Assembly: GCA_032718475.1 (NCBI GenBank)
Contig: JAUCBJ010007457.1
Location: 27,705-91,704, forward strand
Length of the DNA stretch: 64,000 nucleotides
Direction: 5' to 3'
Origin: Nemertoderma westbladi
Taxonomy: Eukaryota > Animalia > Xenacoelomorpha
This document shows, piece after piece, positions 39,301-50,100 of the stretch (the first letter of the stretch is position 1; every line of letters begins with the position of its first letter). A program made the translations under genes and the position numbers. Below the pieces are notes generated by a model. The model was not told the DNA's origin. It did not search any database and saw nothing but the letters and a program-made list of their open reading frames with translations.

Positions 39301-42300
39301 ACTTTCCCTAGCTGAGAAAGAACGTAACTTTCACTAGCTGAGAAAGAACTAACTTTCACTAGCTGAGAAAGAACGTAACTTTCACTAGCTGAGAAAGAAC
39401 ACAACATTCACTAGCTGAGAAAGAACGTAACTTTCACTAGCTGAGAAAGAACGTAACTTTCCCTAGCTGAGAAAGAACGTAACTTTCACTAGCTGAGAAA
39501 GAACGTAACTTTCACTAGCTGAGAAAGAACGTAACTTTCCCTAGCTGAGAAAGAACGTAACTTTCACTAGCTGAGAAAGAACTAACTTTCACTAGCTGAG
39601 AAAGAACTAACTTTCACTAGCTGAGAAAGAACGTAACTTTCACTAGCTGAGAAAGAACGTAACTTTCACTAGCTGAGAAAGAACGTAACTTTCACTAGCT
39701 GAGAAAGAACGTAACTTTCCCTAGCTGAGAAAGAACGTAACTTTCACTAGCTGAGAAAGAACTAACTTTCACTAGCTGAGAAAGAACGTAACTTTCACTA
39801 GCTGAGAAAGAACGTAACTTTCTCTAGCTGAGAAAGAACGTAACTTTCACTAGCTGAGAAAGAACGTAACTTTCACTAGCTGAGAAAGAACGTAACTTTC
39901 ACTAGCTGAGAAAGAACGTAACTTTCCCTAGCTGAGAAAGAACGTAACTTTCCCTAGCTGAGAAAGAACGTAACTTTCACTAGCTGAGAAAGAACGTAAC
40001 TTTCACTAGCTGAGAAAGAACGTAACTTTCACTAGCTGAGAAAGAACGTAACTTTCACTAGCTGAGAAAGAACGTAACTTTCACTAGCTGAGAAAGAACT
40101 AACTTTCTCTAGCTGAGAAAGAACGTAACTTTCACTAGCTGAGAAAGAACGTAACTTTCACTAGCTGAGAAAGAACGTAACTTTCACTAGCTGAGAAAGA
40201 ACGTAACTTTCACTAGCTGAGAAAGAACGTAACTTTCACTAGCTGAGAAAGAACACAACATTCACTAGCTGAGAAAGAACGTAACTTTCACTAGCTGAGA
40301 AAGAACACAACATTCACTAGCTGAGAAAGAACGTAACTTTCACTAGCTGAGAAAGAACGTAACTTTCACTAGCTGAGAAATAACGTAACTTTCACTAGCT
40401 GAGAAAGAACGTAACTTTCACTAGCTGAGAAAGAACACAACATTCACTAGCTGAGAAAGAACGTAACTTTCACTAGCTGAGAAAGAACGTAACTTTCACT
40501 AGCTGAGAAAGAACGTAACTTTCACTAGCTGAGAAAGAACGTAACTTTCCCTAGCTGAGAAAGAACGTAACTTTCACTAGCTGAGAAAGAACGTAACTTT
40601 CACTAGCTGAGAAAGAACGTAACTTTCACTAGCTGAGAAAGAAAGTAACTTTCACTAGCTGAGAAAGAACACAACATTCACTAGCTGAGAAAGAACGTAA
40701 CTTTCACTTGCTGAGAAAGAACGTAACATTCACCAGCTGAGAAAGAACGTAACTTTCACTAGCTGAGAAAGAACGTAACTTTCACTAGCTGAGAAAGAAC
40801 ACAACATTCACTAGCTGAGAAAGAACGTAACTTTCACTTGCTGAGAAAGAACGTAACATTCACCAGCTGAGAAAGAACGTAACTTTCACTAGCTGAGAAA
40901 GAACGTAACTGTCACTAGCTGAGAAAGAACGTAACTTTCACTAGCTGAGAAAGAACACAACATTCACTAGCTGAGAAAGAACGTAACTTTCACTAGCTGA
41001 GAAAGAACACAACATTCACTAGCTGAGAAAGAACGTAACTTTCACCAGCTGAGAAAGAACGTAACTTTCACTAGCTGAGAAAGAACGTAACTTTCACTAG
41101 CTGAGAAAGAACTAACTTTCTCTAGCTGAGAAAGAACGTAACTATCACTTGCTGAGAAAGAACGTAACTTTCACTAGCTGAGAAAGAACACAACATTCAC
41201 TAGCTGAGAAAGAACGTAACTTTCACTTGCTGAGAAAGAACGTAACTTTCACTAGCTGAGAAAGAACTAACTTTCTCTAGCTGAGAAAGAACGTAACTTT
41301 CACTAGCTGAGAAAGAACGTAACTTTCACTAGCTGAGAAAGAACACAACATTCACTAGCTGAGAAAGAACGTAACTTTCACTAGCTGAGAAAGAACGTAA
41401 CTTTCACTAGCTGAGAAAGAACGTAACTTTCACTTGCTGAGAAAGAACGTAACATTCACCAGCTGAGAAAGAACGTAACTTTCACTAGCTGAGAAAGAAC
41501 GTAACTTTCCCTAGCTGAGAAAGAACGTAACTTTCACTAGCTGAGAAAGAACTAACTTTCTCTAGCTGAGAAAGAACGTAACTTTCACTAGCTGAGAAAG
41601 AACGTAACTTTCACTAGCTGAGAAAGAACGTAACTTTCACTAGCTGAGAAAGAACGTAACTTTCACTAGCTGAGAAAGAACGTAACTTTCATTAGCTGAG
41701 AAAGAAAGTAACTTTCACTAGCTGAGAAAGAACGTAACTTTCCCTAGCTGAGAAAGAACGTAACTTTCACTAGCTGAGAAAGAACACAACATTCACTAGC
41801 TGAGAAAGAACGTAACTTTCACTAGCTGAGAAAGAACGTAACTTTCCCTAGCTGAGAAAGAACGTAACTTTCACTAGCTGAGAAAGAACGTAACTTTCAC
41901 TAGCTGAGAAAGAACGTAACTTTCCCTAGCTGAGAAAGAACGTAACTTTCACTAGCTGAGAAAGAACTAACTTTCACTAGCTGAGAAAGAACGTAACTTT
42001 CACTAGCTGAGAAAGAACACAACATTCACTAGCTGAGAAAGAACGTAACTTTCACTAGCTGAGAAAGAACGTAACTTTCCCTAGCTGAGAAAGAACGTAA
42101 CTTTCACTAGCTGAGAAAGAACGTAACTTTCACTAGCTGAGAAAGAACGTAACTTTCCCTAGCTGAGAAAGAACGTAACTTTCACTAGCTGAGAAAGAAC
42201 TAACTTTCACTAGCTGAGAAAGAACTAACTTTCACTAGCTGAGAAAGAACGTAACTTTCACTAGCTGAGAAAGAACGTAACTTTCACTAGCTGAGAAAGA

Positions 42301-45300
42301 ACGTAACTTTCACTAGCTGAGAAAGAACGTAACTTTCCCTAGCTGAGAAAGAACGTAACTTTCACTAGCTGAGAAAGAACTAACTTTCACTAGCTGAGAA
42401 AGAACGTAACTTTCACTAGCTGAGAAAGAACGTAACTTTCTCTAGCTGAGAAAGAACGTAACTTTCACTAGCTGAGAAAGAACGTAACTTTCACTAGCTG
42501 AGAAAGAACGTAACTTTCACTAGCTGAGAAAGAACGTAACTTTCCCTAGCTGAGAAAGAACGTAACTTTCCCTAGCTGAGAAAGAACGTAACTTTCACTA
42601 GCTGAGAAAGAACGTAACTTTCACTAGCTGAGAAAGAACGTAACTTTCACTAGCTGAGAAAGAACGTAACTTTCACTAGCTGAGAAAGAACGTAACTTTC
42701 ACTAGCTGAGAAAGAACTAACTTTCTCTAGCTGAGAAAGAACGTAACTTTCACTAGCTGAGAAAGAACGTAACTTTCACTAGCTGAGAAAGAACGTAACT
42801 TTCACTAGCTGAGAAAGAACGTAACTTTCACTAGCTGAGAAAGAACGTAACTTTCACTAGCTGAGAAAGAACGTAACTTTCACTAGCTGAGAAAGAACGT
42901 AACTTTCACTAGCTGAGAAAGAACGTAACTTTCACTAGCTGAGAAAGAACGTAACTTTCACTAGCTGAGAAAGAACGTAACTTTCACTAGCTGAGAAAGA
43001 ACGTAACTTTCACTAGCTGAGAAAGAACTAACTTTCTCTAGCTGAGAAAGAACGTAACTTTCACTAGCTGAGAAAGAACGTAACTTTCACTAGCTGAGAA
43101 AGAACGTAACTTTCACTAGCTGAGAAAGAACGTAACTTTCACTTGCTGAGAAAGAACGTAACATTCACCAGCTGAGAAAGAACGTAACTTTCACTAGCTG
43201 AGAAAGAACGTAACTTTCCCTAGCTGAGAAAGAACGTAACTTTCACTAGCTGAGAAAGAACTAACTTTCTCTAGCTGAGAAAGAACGTAACTTTCACTAG
43301 CTGAGAAAGAACGTAACTTTCACTAGCTGAGAAAGAACACAACATTCACTAGCTGAGAAAGAACACAACATTCACTAGCTGAGAAAGAACGTAACTTTCA
43401 CTTGCTGAGAAAGAACGTAACATTCACCAGCTGAGAAAGAACGTAACTTTCACTAGCTGAGAAAGAACGTAACTTTCCCTAGCTGAGAAAGAACGTAACT
43501 TTCACTAGCTGAGAAAGAACTAACTTTCTCTAGCTGAGAAAGAACGTAACTTTCACTAGCTGAGAAAGAACGTAACTTTCACTAGCTGAGAAAGAACACA
43601 ACATTCACTAGCTGAGAAAGAACGTAACTTTCACTAGCTGAGAAAGAACGTAACTTTCACTAGCTGAGAAAGAAAGTAACTTTCACTAGCTGAGAAAGAA
43701 CGTAACTTTCACTAGCTGAGAAAGAACTAACTTTCTCTAGCTGAGAAAGAACGTAACTTTCACTAGCTGAGAAAGAACGTAACTTTCACTAGCTGAGAAA
43801 GAACACAACATTCACTAGCTGAGAAAGAACGTAACTTTCACTAGCTGAGAAAGAACTAACTTTCTCTAGCTGAGAAAGAACGTAACTTTCACTAGCTGAG
43901 AAAGAACGTAACTTTCACTAGCTGAGAAAGAACGTAACTTTCACTAGCTGAGAAAGAACTAACATTCACTAGCTGAGAAAGAACACAACATTCACTAGCT
44001 GAGAAAGAACGTAACTTTCACTAGCTGAGAAAGAACACACCATTCACTAGCTGAGAAAGAACGTAACATTCACTTGCTGAGAAAGAACGTAACATTCACC
44101 AGCTGAGAAAGAACGTAACTTTCACTAGCTGAGAAAGAACGTAACTTTCACTAGCTGAGAAAGAACTAACATTCACTAGCTGAGAAAGAACACAACATTC
44201 ACTAGCTGAGAAAGAACGTAACTTTCACTAGCTGAGAAAGAACACAACATTCACTAGCTGAGAAAGAACGTAACATTCACTTGCTGAGAAAGAACGTAAC
44301 ATTCACCAGCTGAGAAAGAACGTAACTTTCACTAGCTGAGAAACAACGTAACTTTCACTAGCTGAGAAAGAACGTAACTTTCACTAGCTGAGAAAGAAAG
44401 TAACTTTCACTAGCTGAGAAAGAACGTAACTTTCACTAGCTGAGAAAGAACGTAACTTTCACTAGCTGAGAAAGAACGTAACTTTCACTAGCTGAGAAAG
44501 AACGTAACTTTCACTAGCTGAGAAAGAACGTAACTTTCACTAGCTGAGAAAGAACGTAACTTTCACTAGCTGAGAAAGAACTAACATTCACTAGCTGAGA
44601 AAGAACACAACATTCACTAGCTGAGAAAGAACGTAACTTTCACTAGCTGAGAAAGAACACAACATTCACTAGCTGAGAAAGAACGTAACATTCACTTGCT
44701 GAGAAAGAACGTAACATTCACCAGCTGAGAAAGAACGTAACTTTCACTAGCTGAGAAAGAACGTAACTTTCACTAGCTGAGAAAGAACGTAACTTTCACT
44801 AGCTGAGAAAGAACGTAACTTTCACTAGCTGAGAAAGAACACAACATTCACTAGCTGAGAAAGAACGTAACTTTCACTAGCTGAGAAAGAACGTAACTTT
44901 CACTAGCTGAGAAACAACGTAACTTTCACTAGCTGAGAAAGAACACAACATTCACTAGCTGAGAAAGAACGTAACTTTCACTAGCTGAGAAAGAACGTAA
45001 CTTTCACTAGCTGAGAAAGAACGTAACTTTCACTAGCTGAGAAAGAACGTAACTTTCACTAGCTGAGAAAGAACACAACATTCACTAGCTGAGAAAGAAC
45101 GTAACTTTCACTAGCTGAGAAAGAACTAACTTTCTCTAGCTGAGAAAGAACGTAACTTTCACTAGCTGAGAAAGAACGTAACTTTCACTAGCTGAGAAAG
45201 AACACAACATTCACTAGCTGAGAAAGAACGTAACTTTCACTTGCTGAGAAAGAAAGTAACTTTCACTAGCTGAGAAAGAACGTAACTTTCACTAGCTGAG

Positions 45301-46021
45301 AAAGAACTAACTTTCACTAGCTGAGAAAGAACTAACTTTCTCTAGCTGAGAAAGAACGTAACTTTCACTAGCTGAGAAAGAACGTAACTTTCACTAGCTG
45401 AGAAAGAACTAACATTCACTAGCTGAGAAAGAACACAACATTCACTAGCTGAGAAAGAACGTAACTTTCACTAGCTGAGAAAGAACACAACATTCACTAG
45501 CTGAGAAAGAACGTAACTTTCACTAGCTGAGAAAGAACGTAACTTTCACTAGCTGAGAAAGAACACAACATTCACTAGCTGAGAAAGAACGTAACTTTCA
45601 CTAGCTGAGAAAGAACGTAACTTTCACTAGCTGAGAAAGAACGTAACATTCACTAGCTGAGAAAGAACACAACATTCACTAGCTGAGAAAGAACGTAACT
45701 TTCACTAGCTGAGAAAGAACGTAACTTTCACTAGCTGAGAAAGAACGTAACATTCACTAGCTGAGAAAGAACGTAACTTTCACTAGCTGAGAAAGAACGT
45801 AACTTTCACTAGCTGAGAAAGAACGTAACTTTCATTAGCTCAGAAAGAACGTAACTTTCCCTAGCTGAGAAAGAACGTAACTTTCACTAGCTGAGAAAGA
45901 ACGTAACTTTCACTAGCTGAGAAACAACGTAACATTCACTAGCTGAGAAAGAACGTAACTTTCACTAGCTGAGAAAGAACGTAACTTTCCCTAGCTGAGA
46001 AAGAACGTAACTTTCACTAGC
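33330..46021. repeat. 26-bp satellite (CTAGCTGAGAAAGAACGTAACTTTCA)n, left part
   Basis: Direct inspection, about 490 units. Degenerate precursor-like units at about 33205-33330. Confidence 0.98.
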
Positions 46022-46847
46022 TGTAAGTGTCAAATCTGTTGCCTTCGTAATTGTTAATTAATTGTGGACCTAATTATTTTTGTGACACGCAAATAGCGGA
46101 TAGTACTGACATCCAGACTGGACCGGTGTCAAAAAGATGGAAACTTCTGATTTTAGATTTAGGACTAAGACCGGTTTGCCGGCACTAGAAGGAAAATTTA
46201 GGGTAATACTGACTGTCAGACTTCGAAATGTTGTAGATTGTTGTATATCGAATTCTAAATTATAATGATTATAAAAAACTGTTTATTATTATTAACCGTG
46301 TTTGATGCCGATATAGATATATGACAGAACCCACCTTTTGCCACAGTTTGGTGAGTGAAAACCCTGCAATATTATTGAGGTTGTTATTGATATATTATGA
46401 TACATTTATTAAGACCGGTACTATAGAAGGTAGGCTCTATAACGTTTGACATGTGTTTATTTGATACAGTTCTCATACGGTATTTAATTTATTCACATTG
46501 CTGTACTGATTGTAGTAAGGAAGTACCGGTATGATTATATTTTTGATTGTCATTATTTTTTTAGATAACCGCACTTCGCACTCCGCACTTCGCATTTTGT
46601 ACACCCTAACGCAATGAAATATGAAAGGATGCCCTGATACCGGTATATGACAATGTTTATGATATAATTATATGATAATGAAGCGAAATAAATAGACGAC
46701 CAGAGATAATTTGATAATAGATAATGTGCGCGTTTATTCATACTGTGGTAACCTATTTTTATGAATTTCACCCTAATTAATAGATCTACTAGAATTGACA
46801 TTCGATCTAACAGTGAATAGAAAGACCTCTGAAGCCTGACCCCTTCA
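46022..46847 (+). repeat. 5' LTR (826 bp)
   Basis: tgtaagtgtc...gaccccttca; matches 53155-53980 at offset 7133 with one mismatch seen (46793 A versus 53926 G). Confidence 0.97.
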
Positions 46848-47124
46848 ACGTTATCAAACTGTGATATAAGAATTGTAATTCGGGGGAGTGAATAACCTTT
46901 GAATAATTTGGGCCGATTGCCCTACTAAATTTGGAAATTCCCCAAATTTGGAAGATTTGTTAGCTTTGGGCTGATGTCCAAATTGGGTACTACTTACATT
47001 GATATGCTTGGACCGATTGTCCAAATCTGGAAGATTTCTTTTTACTAATTTGGACCGAATGTCCATATTTGGAACTTTCAGTTAGAATTTTGGACCAATG
47101 TCCTAATTTGATATACTTGTGATA

Positions 47125-50100
47125 ATGTCTGGAATAGGAAATATTGCATCATTAAAAAAGTCCCGAAATGGTTATTTAGCCAATCTAACAAGAGCCTATA
47201 ATGAGGCAAAGAGATTAATGCAAGCTAATGCCGATTATGATCGTGTGAGGCTTGCGATCAAGACAATTGATGAAGTTTATGAGCGTTTTTGTTATGCGCA
47301 TGATTCTTATGTGTCAGCATTGGAAACTACTGCTGATATAGATGAAGCGAAAAAATATTTATTTAGCGTTAAACAAACAAAGAATGAGTTTCATGAAATT
47401 TATTTGAAATGGAAACTAGATAATTTTGGTGATGCAGATACAGATGTTGATGATATTTTGCCGAAACATTCTGTTAGCCAAGTGGGGTGTCAATCTACAG
47501 TGCTTAGTGATTTGGACAGAGCAAAGGCAGATGAGGATATTGCAGCTTACGAATTAGAACAAATTAAATTTAAACATGAATTGAGAGCTAGAAAGGCAAA
47601 ATTAGTAGAAGAAGAAGAACAGCTGGAAGCCAAAATGAAATGTGAGAAAGCTGCTATCAAAAGGCGATCTCTTGAGAGGTCAGAAGGGAAGCTTTCTAGA
47701 GCAAGCAGCGTTAAGCATAGACCAGGAAACAGTGTAGCAAATGTTATGGATCAATCATATAACAATAGAATGCCGACACGTGTGATTAACAATGCAGAAC
47801 AACTATCCGATTATCCATCACGATTGGATCCAAATGTACCATCCTGGACCCCACTACATGGTAACCAGCACTCTGAAGAAGGCATACAGTCTTATGGCGA
47901 ATTATTCAAGACAATGGCAAACATTATGACATTGCCACAGCCTGAGGTCGTACCATTTGCAGGCGACCCATCAGAATATTGGCAGTTCATGAGATCCTTT
48001 GAGGAACATATAGAGAGTAAAGCTCTAACAGATTCAGCCAAACTTAATTACCTTATTCACTATTGCCAAGGCAAGGCAAGAAAACTTATTAAAGACTATC
48101 CAATTCTAATTCCATCAGAAGGTTTTATACAGGCTAAACATACACTGTATGAACGATTCGGTCAACCTTATACGATAGCCCGAGCTCATATTGACCGTGT
48201 TACCAAGGGCAATCCATTGAGACCCAATGATCGACAAGGTCTCCTAGATTATGCTGACCAACTTAATTCATCCCAAATGGTATTATCCTCAATGGGTTAT
48301 CTAGCTGATATTAATGCAGTTGATAATTTGAGGCATATTGTAGAAAGACTTCCTCACTATATGAAATGTAAATGGCTTGAGAAGGCAAATAATATTCGTA
48401 AGACTAATCGGAGTCCCAATATTAACGACATTATATTATTTGTTAAAAACATTGCTCATGCAGTTAATGATGCTGAGTTTGGGACAATCTTAGATTCTAA
48501 AGATACTGGTGCTGCTAATGCTAATATAAAGAAAACCTTTGACTTCCGTAGTAATAGACCAGGAGATAAGACAAGGTCATTTCCTAGGACTACATCATTA
48601 GCAACATCTAGAGACATTCCGCAAAACTCCAATGATAGCTATGCCAGTAGAAATAGTTGTCATATATGTTTCCAGAATCATACACTTGATAGATGTTTTC
48701 AGTTTAGAGGGAAATCCAATAAAGAAAGGATCAATTTCTTGAGAAGAAGAGGTATATGTGATAATTGTTTTGACCGAGGTCACATTGCGTTGAATTGCCC
48801 TAAGAACCATAATTGTGAACGATGTGCAAGTAATCATAAGCATCATACACTTATGCATCCTTCAGATGAAGTTGATGATTCAAAGCAAAGGGTTGGATCC
48901 TCGACCTTTTCTAACCAAGGTTATTCAACACCAAAAACTACAAAACCAGCTGTTGAGAACATGAGAGAGGTACAATCAAAGGAAGAATCTATTTCAAGAA
49001 GGACCCATACACATCTTGCAAACACACTTCAACATTCTAAGGTTTGTCTTCCTATCATCCCAGTTCGAATTAGTAATCCCAGTAATGATATATATGTTGA
49101 TGTATATGCCTTGCTTGATGATGGATCTGATTCTTCATTTTGTACAAAAAGGGTTGCAGATATTCTAGGTATTTGTAGAAATGAAGAAAATTATTCCTTA
49201 ACAACTTTGAATTGTGAGAATGTAATGAAAAGAGGAGCAGTGGTTGAACTCATGGTAGCTCAGATTGATTCTATCGATGATACAAGTATTATTCACCTAC
49301 CAGAAGTTGTCACAACTGATAAATTACCCATCTCTCCTGATAAGATTCCTACGATGGCTGATATAACCAACTGGCCACATTTATCGAATATACATTTGAA
49401 TGAGTTGCAGGATAAAGAGGTTCATTTGCTCATTGGCTTAGATGTACCTGAAGCACTATGGACGGAAGAAGAACTCTATGGAGGTAAAAAGGAACCATTT
49501 GCTATAAAAACACCCTTTGGGTGGACACTGCGTGGTCCTGTAACCCACAAACGAATGAAACAACTTGATAAGTCAAAGAATATGTATTTATGTCACTATG
49601 ACAATTCTCCTAGGAATTCGAATGATTATAATTTAGAACTCCTAGTTAATAAATTTTGGGAATTAGAATCTTCTGGAATTTATTCTGACACATCAACCAC
49701 TATGTCTCTGAATGACAAGCGAGCCTTGAGTATTATGCAAGATTCTATTAAACTAGTGAATAATAACTACGTTTTAGCACTTCCATGGAAGTGTAACCCA
49801 CCTTCTTTAGAAAATAATATATCTATGGCAACAATGAGATTAAATAGCTTAAAGAGGAGGTTGATGAAAGATTCCGAGCTACATAACAAGTACACAGAAA
49901 TTATAGAAATGTATGAGGAAAAGGAATACGCAGAAAAAGTGCCTATTGAGGAACTGACAGATCCCTCATTAAAAGGCAAGATTTGGTACTTGGTGCATCA
50001 CCCAGTGTTTCACCCAAAGAAGCCAGGAAAAGTCAGAATAGTTTTTGACTGCTCTGCAAAATATAAAGATTGTTCATTAAATGATAAGTTGTTCCAAGGT

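Noticed and set aside
46553-46801. Duplicated 82-aa minus-strand ORF (also 53686-53934)
   Set aside because: Lies within the LTRs, starts at a non-informative position and has no recognisable motif; the duplication is just the LTR pair.
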